Positions 26,891 through 40,194 of a stretch of 64,000 nt of DNA are shown in pieces. Both the position numbers and the translations under genes were made by a program. The DNA is taken from positions 558,001 to 622,000 of the forward strand of contig JAAOMT010000352.1 of assembly GCA_016748015.1 (NCBI GenBank). The letters run 5' to 3'. The number at the start of each line of letters is the position of its first letter. Position 1 is the stretch's first letter. Source of the stretch: Geosiphon pyriformis uo1. Taxonomy: Eukaryota > Fungi > Glomeromycota. Under the pieces are notes generated by a model. It did no database searches. It was not told where the DNA came from and saw nothing but the letters and a program-made list of their open reading frames with translations.

Positions 26891-29800
26891 TATAATTCTA
26901 TAGAGAACAGCACCAACAACAATTATTCAAAGGTAGCAAAATCAGAGATCATAGAAACAAACCACTTAAGATTCGCCAAATTTTTGTTCCAACAGTACAG
27001 CCAACAATTAGGATTAAACAATAACTATTTTTCAGCAGAATCAGCTTTCAACTTTTACATCAATAATAAAATCACAGACTGCTTAGGAGGAACAGTTAAC
27101 ATTGAATCCACAAGAGAAAATTTCTATACAGAATTATTTTAACATACCAGTTTACCAAGAAATTACAGTTTCACACCAATCATTAGGGAAATCAATCAAA
27201 CCATTAAAAGATATACACAACAACAATTCTCAATTACCTAGACAGACAAAAGAAAGGAAAGACTACAAACACCAGCAGTAACACCAAAACAAATACAACT
27301 ACCTACTTAGAAGAAAACCAGAGTTGAATCACCAACAAATTTATCATACCATTACACCCCAAGAAGTGCCATCAACATTTCATTAACAGGCGCATCCACA
27401 TCACACACAACATCAATATTTAGCCAACTTCCATTTCAAAGTAAACAAAAAAAAGCAGAGTTACTAAAAACTTATGGCGACTACTTTGAGGGATTTAAAT
27501 TATGATTTCCAATGCCATCAGGATTCCGATTACCACCACTCCAACCAGATTTCAAAAACACAAGTTTCTGGAAGATAATAAAATCAAAAGAAGAAGAAGA
27601 AAAAGAAGCCAAAGATTAAAAATTTACTTACCAGAACTCAATCCTAGAAAATTCAAAAGTTAAAACTCCAAACATTAAAACCCAGCAAACTCAAAACAAT
27701 CCAAATCCTGAAGCAATTAATCAGCAAAATTTATCTTCAGTAATCATCATTGACCAGTCACCAATTAGACCAATACTTGAACCAATCTCACAACCCCTCT
27801 TTTAGCAACCTATTCAACCACCACTTCAACAATCCCAATAGCCACTTCAACAGCTACAACAACAACTGCAACCACCACCACAACAACAACAACTGAACTT
27901 AGATCCAATGACCTATACTCCAATAGCAAAACTAGAAAAGTTCACAGACGAAAAAGACAATGCCCAAATATGGCTTAATGATGTTGAAAAGACCATCACG
28001 GCCAATAGATGGAATAACATGAAAGCACTCTAGACCATCCTCTACTTCTTATAAAATACTACCAACTTGTGGTATTAAAGTTTAATCGCCAAACTGCAAA
28101 CATTCCAGGAATTTAAAGTTGCATTCCTGGGATATTTCAGTAATAATAACAGTATTAATTATCTAGCCAACACCTTCACCACAATCAAACAAGAAAAAAC
28201 CAAAGCAGTTACTACTTACTTGGGATGTTTCCACAGGAATTTGTGCCAAATACAAGCAATCCAAGCTGACTATTTTACAGCACCTCAGATTTTAAACTAG
28301 TTCATTCATGAACTGCACAGTAACATTCTCCAATGTGTATGCCCAATACATTCAGTAGACTTTCAAGCTGCAGTTACCAATGCCAGAGATTTTGAAACAG
28401 CTAAACATGAAGCTAACCATGCCCAAGCCATAAATCTAGTAATAAATGGATCATCTGAATTGGATTCCAAATTAAAACAATTCAGTGATTCCATTAACTA
28501 AAAGTTTGAAGGGTACTTAACTGACAATTGCGCAATTTATTAACCACTCCAATGATGCAATAATATAGGAATTACAAATCACCCACAAAATCAGTCATAT
28601 TTCTCATTATTATCCAATCAGCCATGACAGCAAGAGACATGTATCTGTCACTACTGTGGTAAACAAGGATATTTGAAAATCAATTGTTAGTTAAGAATAG
28701 AAAACCAACGATTGGGAAATCAATATTAAAATCCCGATCACAGGTTTTCAACCCCAAGTTATCAATTAAACACAGAAATATATCAACCAAATTATATACT
28801 TATGATGCAGCCACAAATTTATTAACTACCAATTTATTAGCCAACAACACCTGTCATTTATCGCCCACAGCCCCAACCCATTTATTAGCCACAGCCTTAG
28901 GTAATTTATCAGCCTCAACAAATTCAAACACCACCACAGAACTTACCTTAAAACAGAACACAAAGGCCAAGACTGACACAACAAAGCTGGAAATTGTCAA
29001 TAGTGGTCCATCAACCAATTTCCAGTTCCATGGCACAACTATCAGAATTTCAACAACAGAATTTGGGCACTGGAAACTTCCAAAACCCAAATGCTCAATA
29101 CTATTTAAGTCTCTTGATTACTCCAGAAAATGCCTTACCCAACAACTGGGAACTCAACCAACACAAACCACTTATCAGCAATATACCTTCAACCACTGTA
29201 ACCAATGATAAATTGCTAACTGTAATTTTCCCATTTGAATTAGAGGAAACCACACCAGTTCTATTATTCGGAGCCACTTTTAACACCAAACCAATCACTA
29301 CCATGTATACTGACACGAAAGTTGATGGTCATGTCATTAAACTGATATTAGACAGCAGATTAGCTGGCAGCATCATTACATGACAACTCATGGACCAATT
29401 AGATTGCCGAGTTGATTGTGCTACTAGTGCTTGTATAATTACTGCTAATGGGACAACCAAAACACCTATTGGTGAAATTGATGACTTCCCTTTTGAAGTC
29501 AATAGTATTATTATTCTCATCAAAGTCTTAGTAATAGAAGCAATTCAATATCAGGCATTAGTAAGAAATGACTAAAACCAATGCCATACTGGACTGGACA
29601 ATACAGAAGCTCCAACTGAGCCAAAACAGTCAACACACATGTGTACCAACCACATGTGGCTATTTCAAGCCAGCCAATATGCCAGCACCACTCATCGAGT
29701 TTGAAAAAGAAAAAGAAAAACCTACCTGAGAAGCTTATCAAGTGTCCTGAGCTAACAAAGATTCCAATAAACTACTGCCTATACTCTCCTGAGACAACAA

Positions 29801-30204
29801 CGGCAAAGAAAAACAGAAAGAAACCAAACTTATCTGGAATGCTGACCTAGCCTGGAAAAATAACCATAAACAGGATGAGCTACCAACTTGAGAATGGGAA
29901 AAAACCGACAAAGGGAAAGGAAAAAGGAAGAAAGAAGACTTACTTGAAGAAACCACCACCACAAAAGAAATAACTAGTAGTTGGGAAAGAGAGTATTCAA
30001 GGGAACCAATAAAAAAACTATCATACATACCCCTCAAATACAAAGACTGTGAAAAGAAACTTTCTTTCATAAGAGCTTGGGTGGTGCAAACAAAGACTAC
30101 TGGACATAAACACATTATTACTATAAGCTGTGCCATAGAAAATGATATGGGTACCCAAAATGTCAAGGAAAATGGGACAATGAACCATGTCTCACTTGTG
30201 GTGA
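26876..30204 (+). pseudogene. Element B Gag - protease - start of Cys-rich region
   Basis: PIAKLEKFTDEKD (Gag CA), CHYCGKQG knuckle, LILDS protease; cut at CLTCG by element C. Confidence 0.85.
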
Positions 30205-30973
30205 TGTTACAGATAATTACTTAGGGTCTCAAGACAAATAACAAACCCATAACTTGGTGCTCAATTGATATAATGCTGTTAGTAAAATCTGAAGGTGTGT
30301 TTTTCTGAAGATTTTGGTTGAGTCCTTTGTATAATGGACAGAGATTCAGTGGTAATAGCTTTTATCCATAGCTTCCCAAAACCACAGTTTTGTCAATTTT
30401 TTTCTCAGCTTGATGGCTGGTATTCCTCCTGGTAAGATATTCTCAATTGAGTATCCTACCCTTATTTCTGGGTCTTTTATCAGTGCTATATTCTGATGTC
30501 AGTACCCCACGCATTAATCCTCAATAGAGTTAGTAATAACAACAATTAAGACAAAAAAATAAAAGAAATGACATAAAGTAATGAGCCAAGGCAATGCACA
30601 AATTAGTATTTGTCAATAGCTGTGATCAAGAGCTATTGTTCCAGTGTAATTAAGTATTAATTGCTATCAACATGGAATGTTGATAATGAAAAGTGGATTT
30701 GGATGGTAAATAATTTATTTATTCAATATTTGTAAAATAGGAGATTTCTAACTAAAGGATTTTTTTTTTCTACTTTTAATGCTACTGCTATATATACATA
30801 ATTGATATTCTATGAGATTGCTCACATTTCCAAGCAATGTGTTATGATTTCTTGAACAATATGCCATAATTTCTGATATTGTTTCATATTGCTGAACAAT
30901 GTGCTCATGTGCTAAATACTATTTTCTTATTGGTCTGCTATTTTTTCTATCTGTTTTCTTTTTATGAGTAATA
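30205..30973 (-). repeat. Element C 3' LTR (769 bp)
   Basis: Direct repeat of 39325-40194, with fewer U3 tandem units. Confidence 0.92.
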
Positions 30974-31599
30974 TTATCTTCTCCTTTTAATATTGAGCTC
31001 TGTCAAAATCTTCATCTTGAATTAATTCTAATACTTCTTTTTCAAGTATTGTTTGTTCGATTCTGTTTTTTATGTCTTCTACTTGTGTATTGTTTATTCT
31101 TCCTCATTGGTTAATAGATATGGTTTCCATGTCAGAGTGTAACAGTATTTCTGGATAGTTCTGAAATATGTTGTCTAGTTAATAAATTGTTCTTACATGT
31201 AGTGTCAAGTTTATCTTTTTCCCAATAAATTTTTCAATTTGCTGTATTATGTTTTGGTTAAATACTTTCTTGGATTTGTCAATATACAACTCCTGAATAT
31301 TCAACTTTCGACCTAATTGGTAGTAACAGTATAATATTAGAAGTTGCTCTGTCCATTGCTTCCAATTCTCTTTTGTAAGTTCTTCTATTGGTGCCATAAT
31401 ATGTATTTTTCTAAAAATGTTCTTTACTTTTTCAATTATAATATCTGACCAGTTTTTATTATTCTTTGGTAAACACTGATATGGTGTATTCTTTGTCTTT
31501 TTTTTGGTTGTTAACAATAGTTTCCAGGTCTAAAGGTTGTTGACTTAAGGCCTGGAATAATTGTTAAGTTATGGTGTGAATATGATTTGGTATTTCCAT
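30925..31599 (-). pseudogene. Element C ORF3 (unknown)
   Basis: ATG at 31599 (MEIPNHIHT); near-identical to B ORF3 apart from a short deletion. End approximate. Confidence 0.75.
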
Positions 31600-31660
31600 T
31601 TTTCTTGGTTGCTTTTGTCGTGTATACTGTGTCTTTTATATACTCTTTTATTGTTTAATT

Positions 31661-33036
31661 TTATGTGTTTGGTCCAATGATTATGATTGGTTCCAGATCT
31701 CGTAAAATCTCATTTGGTTGAACTAGTATTCATTGTACTCCTAATTGTGGAATATTATTGGTGGATGATGATGCTATTTGGTAATATGGTTTCAGTCAAT
31801 TACCATGTGCTGCTTGGTTAAAATTTTGTTGTTCCATCTTAGTTTATAAGCTTCATTTCCAATAATTTCTTCAATGTGGAATGGTTCATCTTATTTGAGG
31901 TCAAATTTTCTATTCCATTGTTTTTCCGCTTTAGTATAATGTAAAAGTACTTTGTCTCCAATCTTGAATTCAACTGGTTTGTCTGGTAGTTGGTTATCAT
32001 GTCTCTCTTTTTGTTTCTCTTGTGACTTTTAGATGTTATCAGCTGCTTTTCATTACTTGTTTTCTAGAGTTTCTATCAAGTCATATGTTCTTCTTAGCAA
32101 TGTTTCTTGAAAATTGTCTTTAGTTATTGGTTTTGTTGGATAAGTGTTGACTTCTATCTTGACTAGTAATGTTGCTGTTCTATTGTATACTAATTCAAAT
32201 AGTGTTGCTTGTGTAGTGTCATGCTTTATTGTCTAATAAGCAAATAGTACTGATGGTATAAACAAATCCCATTCATTTTGATTCTTTTGACTGATTTTGG
32301 CAATTGCTTCACACAATGTTCTGTTAAACCTTTTGACTAGTCCATTTGTTTGTGGATGATATGGTGATGATAGTAGTCTTTTTATCCCAAATCTCTGACT
32401 TAATTCTGTTAATGTTCTATTTACAAAATGAGTTTTTTGATCTAATAGTAGTTTTTTTGGACATCCATGTTGACATATTAAATCTTGATGGACAAATTCA
32501 GCAACAGATTCTGCATCTGCTCTTTGAATAGCTTTTGCTTCTGGTCATTTAGTGAGATAATCCATAGTTACTGCAATATATCTGTTGCTCTTACTGGTGA
32601 TTATTAATGGTCTGACTAAGTCAATTCTAATGTGATCAAATGGTTGTCCCACTTTGATTGGTCTTAATGGTTCACTTGGTCTTGTTCCTCCTCTTCTTTG
32701 ACAAATATCACAATTTTGAACATATTAGATGATGTCTAAATACATTGATGGCCAATAATATCTTTTTCTGGTTCTTTTTATGGTCTCTTCTTTATGAAAA
32801 TGTTCTGCTGTTAGATCTGAGTGCATGTTGAATAATACTGTTTCTTTCTCTGGTTCTGTGATTACTCTAATTGGTTGATCTGGATTTCTTCTGTTCTTCT
32901 AGTAAAGTATATTTTGATGATTGATAAAATATTTTGATTGTTGTTTTATGTTGTTTTGTTTCTTTTGAGATAATTTCTCCTTGAACAATTGATTATTTAT
33001 ATAATACTAGAGTTGTTGGTATTTTTGTGTGTTCAT
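31661..33036 (-). pseudogene. Element C integrase, separate ORF
   Basis: ATG at 33036 (MNTQKY), downstream of the RNase H stop at 33067-33069; colinear with the B integrase. Confidence 0.87.
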
Positions 33037-33066
33037 CTTTTGTTATATTTTTGTGTTGAAATGTTT

Positions 33067-36000
33067 TTAGATTTGTTTCATTCATGACAGTTCATCGGCA
33101 TTTCCATTGTCTTTTCCCTTTTTATAATGTATTGTATAATTAAATGATGAAGGTTCTATTTTCCATCTGGCATGGCAATTGTCTGCAAATTCTTGTTTCT
33201 GGATTGAAGTCAATCCTTTGTGATCAGTGTACACTTCAAACTTTTGACTCAAGTATTCCTTTCATTTAATAACAGTCCAATAGATAGCTAAGTGTTCTAG
33301 TGCTAGAGTTTTATAGTTCTTCTCAGCTGGACTTAAGCTTCTATTGGCATAAGCTACTGGATGTTTTCTCTCATTTGATCCTTTCTGTGATAGTACTGCT
33401 CCCAATGCTTCACCTGATGCATCAGTGGTAATTATGAATGATTTGCTGTGATCTGGATACATCAATACTGGAGCTTGGATAAGCTTTTTTCTTAATGTGT
33501 CAAATGCTTCTTGTTGAGCTTTGGTCCATTTATACTTCACATTCTTGGTCTGTAGATGGTAAAGTGGCTGAGCCAGTTTTGAAAAGTCTTTGATAAAATG
33601 GCAATAATATCCTGTGAATCTCAAGAATGCTCTTAATTCTGTGAGATTGTTTGGTACTGGAAAGTTCTTGACAACTTCAATCTTGTCTGGATTCATTTTG
33701 ATTCTATCATTGCTTACTACATGTCCCAAAAACTTGAGTTCAGTTTTTTCAAAGAAACATTTGGTTGTGTTTAGTTTCAATTCTGTTCTTCTCAATCTTT
33801 CAAACACTTGTTGGAGATGATGCAAATGATCATCAAATGTTTTTGAGAACACATTGGTGTCATCTAAGTATACAACTACTGATTTCTATAGTAACCCAGT
33901 ATAGATGATTTTCATGAGTCATTAGAATGTTGCTAGAGCATTCATCAAGCCAAATGGCATAACTTCAAACTCAAAATTTCCTTCTTTTGTGGTGAATGCT
34001 GTTTTTTCTTTGTTGGCTGGGTACATGGCTACTTGCCAGTAACCATTATCCAAATCTAGTGTTGAGAATCATTTATTTCCTCCAAAAGCATCGAATAGTT
34101 CTTGGATCTTTGGAGTTGGATAGCTATCACTTTTTGTTACTCCATTCAGTTTTTGGTAGTCTACACAAAAATGGATTTTTCCATTTTTCTTACAGACCAG
34201 TACTACTGGTGATAACCATAGACTCATTGATGGCTAAATTAGCCTATTGTCAAGCATTCAGTTAATTTCTTGACAAATAATCTCATGGCTAGCTGGTGGT
34301 ACTCTGAATGCTCTTTGTTTTATTGGCATTGCATCTCCAGTTTTGATTTGATGCTGGATGATATTGGTTTGGCCAAATTCATTTTCGCTGGTAAAGATGT
34401 CATTGAAGTTGTTGAGTAATATTTTGAGTTGTATCTGTTGAAGTGAATCCAGATTCTCCATGTTCATTTGTTCTAATTGTTCTGGTTGGAGCAAATAACA
34501 TTCACTTCTTCTATAGATGGTTTGTGATGTAATATCCACATATCCGCAAAGCTGTGGAAAATCTGGAATGTGGTTTGGTGGTTGATTTTCAACTTTGGTG
34601 GTTAAATACCCAATGATGGTTTCCTTTGGTATTTTGATAACATTTTTGGTTGTGTTGTAAATGGGGATTTTGATATTTTTGGGGCTTTTGGCTGATATGT
34701 AGAGATTAGTGAGTCCAATTTCTCTGAATTCGCAAATAGTGGCTTCTGCTTTAAACAACTGAGCCTGATTTTTTACTTTTCTTTTTATGGCTAATCTATA
34801 CTGGCCATATGATGGAATAAAAATTGTTTGACAGATTGAGATAATTTCTTCTTTGCCAACAATTTCTTCCTCTGCCATATTAACTGGTATATTTATTCTA
34901 TCTGTTGATCCAAATCTCTGTATTCCTTTAGCTGTAATCCCTAATTCTTCCCTGTTTCTCACTGATACTAACTGAGCTATTTTGACCAGAGACAGGAATA
35001 TTGTCTGCACTATCTTTTCATTTGGCTCTATTACATAGGCCTTTTCTGAATTGTTTTGTAGCATAGCAATAATATTTTCCACATATTCTGCATCAATTAT
35101 TTCTCCTTTGATGTTAATTCCTCTTTTTGCTAGACTACTCCTAGATGCTAGTTGAACCATTATGGTTGCTGGAATTTCCAGTGCTATCTTCAGATCAATG
35201 CAAATGCGTGAATGTAGTTCCAATTTGATGGCATTTTTTTCAGGAAATCTCAAATCAAACCCTACATCAGTATTATGTGCATGCTCTGGCATGATATTTT
35301 TGCCATTATCACTAAACTATTTAAGTTCCTGTTCCTTAGTGAAGTTAGGAAGTGCGATGAATGTTTCAGGATTTGAATCGGAGTTTAAATCATCATAAAT
35401 TTTGTTACTATTCAGAGTGGAGCTAAAACTGTTGTTTTCATTATTGTTATTGTCAGAGTTTGAATTGGAATTGAAAGTTAATTCCGATTCTGATGTGCAG
35501 TTGCTTATTGGTTTATCTTCTTCTGGGATTGTGTAGATCATGTGTGGTAGTGGATTGTAAATGAGGTCACACTCATTACAATATTAAAAGTCACAGGAGA
35601 TTAAGCAATGTTGACATAATCGAGTGTTTAACTGCTCTAAATGCTGCTCCTGTTCTTCCCTAGTAGGTGCCAAATACTGGTAATGTTCATGAAATTCTTT
35701 TGGATTGTTTTCAATGTTGCCAAAAATGTCAAAAGTTTGGACGTATTCGGGTTTAAGAAGAGATAAAGAGTTGTTTTTGATCTCTAGTATTTTGCTGGTT
35801 GTCACACCTTTTGCTTTTACATATGCCATTCTCCATAGTTCATTTTTGTCATGAGGATATCCTTCCAATTGTCACAATACTCATTTTCAGGTGTTGTTGA
35901 TTGGTGTTTCTTTGCTTACCTAATTGTTTATTAGTATGATGTATTGGCATGTCTCATCGCATGTTTTTCCATGCCCAGGGATGTCATTCCACATTCCTTT

Positions 36001-39000
36001 GTCAGATAGGATAGTTCTACATATGAGACATGGTTGGTTATTCCACTTTTCTTGTCGTTTTGGTTATCCAAAATGCTCTATAACACATGGGCGGCAGTAA
36101 AATCTTGTGGCCATGAAGTATTCCTTGTTGTCGCCACAGCATGCGCCTATTGACGACAATTTCTTGCCACAATCAATGCATTCCAATTTTGGTTGACAAT
36201 AATTGGATGGTGGTGATGAAGTATAAGCATATGAACTATAAATACTGCTGGGGAGAGTAGTTCTTTCTTCTTTTTTTTTTTTTCTCTTATCAATTTCTTT
36301 CCACTTCTAGTTTGCTGGTTTGTTTTGGTTGTTATCAGTTTCTCAGTTTTGGTTAGTATTCCAGATAAGTTCTTTGTTTTCCTTCCTTTTTCCCTTGTTA
36401 TTCCAAGAAAATATTGGTGGTAGCTTATTGTGGTCTTTGTTGGCTCAAGAGACTTGGTACACTTCCCAAGTAGATTTCTCTTTTTCTTCTTTGAATTTGA
36501 TGAAGAGAGCTGATGGTGTGATGATGGGTTTGAAATAACCACACATGGCTGGTACACATGTGTGTCATCCGTTCTGACTAAGCTGGAGCTCTTGGGTGTT
36601 CCAATCAAGTATTGCATTGATTTTGAACAGCCAGTCATTACTTACCAGTGTTTAGTATTAAGTAGCTTCTATGACTAATACCTTGATTGGTATAGTGATG
36701 CCATTGATTTTTATGGACAAGTTATCTATTTTACCAATTGGAGTTTTGGTGGCTCCATTAGTGGTAATTATCCTTGTACTGACAGCTCAATCAACTTGGC
36801 AACCTAATTGGTTCATAAGCTGTCTTGTAATAATACTATCAACTGATCCACTATCTAGGATCAGTTTGATAAACTGATCATCAATTTTGCCATCCATGTA
36901 CATCACCATGATAGATTTTTCCTCAAGTGCAGCTCCACTAAACAAAGGAGTTTCTGTCAGTTCCTCGATTTCGAAAGGAAATATAACTGCTAGAGACTTG
37001 TCTTCCATGACAGTGGCTGGCAGAATATTGGTAAGTGATTGCTTTCATTTGGATTTCCGAGTGTTGGTTGAGGCGTTTTCTGAGATAGCCAGAAGACTTA
37101 AATAGTTCTGAGAACTCGGGTTTTGAGTATACCTGGTTTCTGTACTTCTTTGTCATAATCTTGACAGCTGGTTGAATGAATTGGGGATTGGTTAGTGAAC
37201 AACTATCACTGATCTCCAGTTTTGGGTAACTCTCAATCTAGAGTTTTCTGATGTCATTTGAGCTGGGTTTGATGGCAGTGTTTGAACTGTGGGTGTTTGA
37301 TAAATTATTTGTGGCTGTGGTGGTTGATATATTATTAGTGGCTGCAGTTAATAAACTAGAGGTTGATATATGGGTGGTTGATATATTGGCTTTTGCATTA
37401 TTGGCAGGTAAGTTGGTTGATATGGGGCTGGATTGGATTGATAACTCAGAGTTGGGAACTGGCAATCGGAGTTTTGATATTGATTTCCTGATTGTTGGTT
37501 ACTATAAGCATGGCAATTGGCTCTAAGGTAACCTTGTTTACCACAGTTGTGGCAAATTTGCATTTCTTAATGCCACAGCTAATTTGTTAATGATAATAGA
37601 CATAACTGATTTTGGAAACAATTTGTGTTTCCCTGATTATTACATCATTGAGAAGGCTAATAAATTGGGTGATTGTCAGCTAAGTATCCCTCCAATTTCT
37701 GATTAATTGAATCACTGAATTGTTTCAGTTTGGAATCTAATTCAGATGACCCATTCATTACTAGATTAATGGCTTGGACGTGATTGGCCTCTGACTCAGC
37801 TGATTCGAAATCTCTGGTGCATGTGACTGTATCTTGAAGGGTGCCTGGATGCAACAGATGTACATGTTGCAAGATACTGCTGCACAGACCACAGATAAAC
37901 TGGTTGAGGATCTGTGGTGCTGTGAAATATTTGGCATCAATTGCTTGAATTTGGCATAAGTTTCTATGGAAGTGTTCTAAGTAAGTGGTAACTGCTTCAG
38001 TTTCTCCTTGTTTGATTGTGGTGAAGGTGTTGGTTAAGTAATTAATGCTGTTATTATTACTGAAATATCCCAAAAATGCAGTTTTGAATTCCTGGAATGT
38101 TTGAGGTTTAACGTCTAAACTCTGATACCACAAGTCAGCAGTATCTTGTAGAAAATAGAGAATCACTTGAAGGGCTCTGTCATTGTTCCATCCATTGGCT
38201 GTGATGGCTTTTTCCATATTGTTAAGCCATACTTGGGCATCGTCCTCTTCACTGGTAAATTTCTTAATTTTGGCGATTGGAGCATAAGCCATTGGTTGTT
38301 GTTGTAGTTGCTGCTGGTTTTGTTAAGGTAGCTGTTGTGGCTGTTGTTGTTGTTTAGTGTTTGGTGGAGCTGGTGGTGGATTAATCACAATTACTGGAGG
38401 TAAGTGTTGTTAATTATTAATGTCAGGGTTTTGATCATTCTAATTGTGCTGTGTTTGAAAATTCAGAGTTTCAATTTCCAGTTTTTCTAGATTTAGATGT
38501 TTCAGAGTTTGAACATTTGGGGTTTTAAATTTCAGGTTTTCTGGGATCGGATTTTGGTAAGTAAATTCCTGGTTCTCAAATTTTTTTTTCTTTTCTTCTT
38601 GTTCTCTTTCCAATTCTGTGACTTCCCAAGGACTCATGGTTCCGAAATCTGGTTGAGATGGCAGTAATCAAAATTCTGATGGTGTTGGCAATCATGATTT
38701 AAATTCTTCAAAATATGTGCCATATAGTCCTAATAAGTCTTTTTTCATTTGTTTACTTTGAAATGGAAATTGTCCAAATGTTGATGTCACGTTTGATATA
38801 GACATGCCTGCTACTGCGATATTGATGGCACCTCCAAGAGTATAATGATATGATGGATTTGTAGGTGATTCAATTCTGTGTTTCTTCCAAGTGGATGGTT
38901 GGATACATTAGAGTGTTACTGCTGGTGTTTGTAGTTTTCCTTTGTCTTTACTTGTGTAGGTGATTGGGTATCTCTGTTGTGTGTAATGTTTAATTTCTTT

Positions 39001-39290
39001 ATTAATCTCAGTGATGATGGATGCAAAATTATAGTTTGTTGGTAAGCTGCTGTTTTGGATTAATTTGTTGTAAAAAGTTTCCCTTGCTGATTCGGTATTT
39101 GTTGCTGTTCCTAATAAGTAGGCAATTCTCTCATTGATGTAAAAGTTGAAGGCTGATTCTACTGATATGTGATTCAGGATTAATTCCAAGTGTTAACAGT
39201 AGTATTGAAATAAGAATTTCGCAAATCCTAAATAGTTTGCTCCTATATTTTCTGATTCTGCCACTGTTGATTTATTTGTTGGTGCTGGTT
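33067..39290 (-). pseudogene. Element C polyprotein Gag-PR-Cys-rich-dUTPase-RT-RNase H
   Basis: MAYAPIAKIKKF (Gag), CHNCGKQG, LILDSGS, dUTPase 34900-35292 (GFDL, RSS, IDAEY, IVQ, FGST), YLDD, TDAS. Confidence 0.9.
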
Positions 39291-39324
39291 CTCTGTAAGA
39301 TTATATCTCACAAGAAGCACCAAA

Positions 39325-40194
39325 TATTACAGATAATTACTTGGGGTCTCAAGGCAAATAACAAACCCGTAATTTGGTGCTCAATTAATATAATGCTGTT
39401 AGTAAGATCTGAAGATGTGTTTTTCTGAAGGTTTTGGTTGAGTTTTTTGTATAATGAACAGAGATTCAGTGATAATAGCTTTTATTTATAGCTTCTCGAA
39501 ACTGCAATTTCATCAATTTCTTTCTTAGCTTGATGGCCGGTATTCCTTCTGGTAAGATATTCTCAATTGAGTGTCCTACTTTTATTTCTGGGTCTTTTAC
39601 CAGTGCTATATTCTGACATCAGTACCCCGTGCATTAATCCTCAATAGAGTTAGTAATAACAACAATTAAGACAAGAAAATAAAAGAAATGACATAAAGTA
39701 ATGAGCCAAGACAATACACAAGTTAGTATTCATCAATAGCTGTGATCAAGAGCTATTGTTCCAGTGTGATTAAGTATCAATTGCTATCAACATGGAATGT
39801 TGATAGTGAAAAATGGATTTGGATGGTAAATAATTTATTTATTCAATATTTGTAAAATGGGAGATTTCTAACTAAAAAATTTTTCTTTTTCTACTTTTAA
39901 TGCTACTGCTATATATACATAATTGATGTTTTATGAAATCGCTCACATTTCCAAGTGATGTGCTATGATTTTTTGAGGAATACTCACATTGCTGAGCGAT
40001 GTGCTCTAATTTTCTAACATTGCTTCACATTGCTAAGCAATGTGCTATGTTTTCTGACATTGTTCCACCTTACTGAGCAATATGCCATAATTTCTGACAT
40101 TGCTCCATATTGCTGAGCAATGTGCTCACATGCTAAATACTATTTTTTTATTAGTCTGCTATTTTCTCTATCTGTTTTCTTTTTATGAGTAATA
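39325..40194 (-). repeat. Element C 5' LTR (870 bp) with ~40-bp tandem palindromic units
   Basis: Units start at 39985, 40026, 40066, 40106 with core CACATTGCTGAGCAATGTG. Confidence 0.92.

Larger units (their letters stand above)
30205..40194 (-). mobile_element. Ty3/Gypsy-type LTR retrotransposon C (uninterrupted, ~10 kb, related to B)
   Basis: 3' LTR 30205-30973, 5' LTR 39325-40194, PBS 39306-39322, PPT ~30975-30988; TSD gtga/gcaa (both derivable from gcga). Confidence 0.93.

Noticed and set aside
26876-26910. Non-AUG start of gag
   Set aside because: ATG>ATA decay is common here, so the absence of ATG is uninformative without a consensus.
39940-40130. CRISPR-like array
   Set aside because: The intervening sequences are repeats rather than unique spacers; eukaryotic LTR context; no cas genes.
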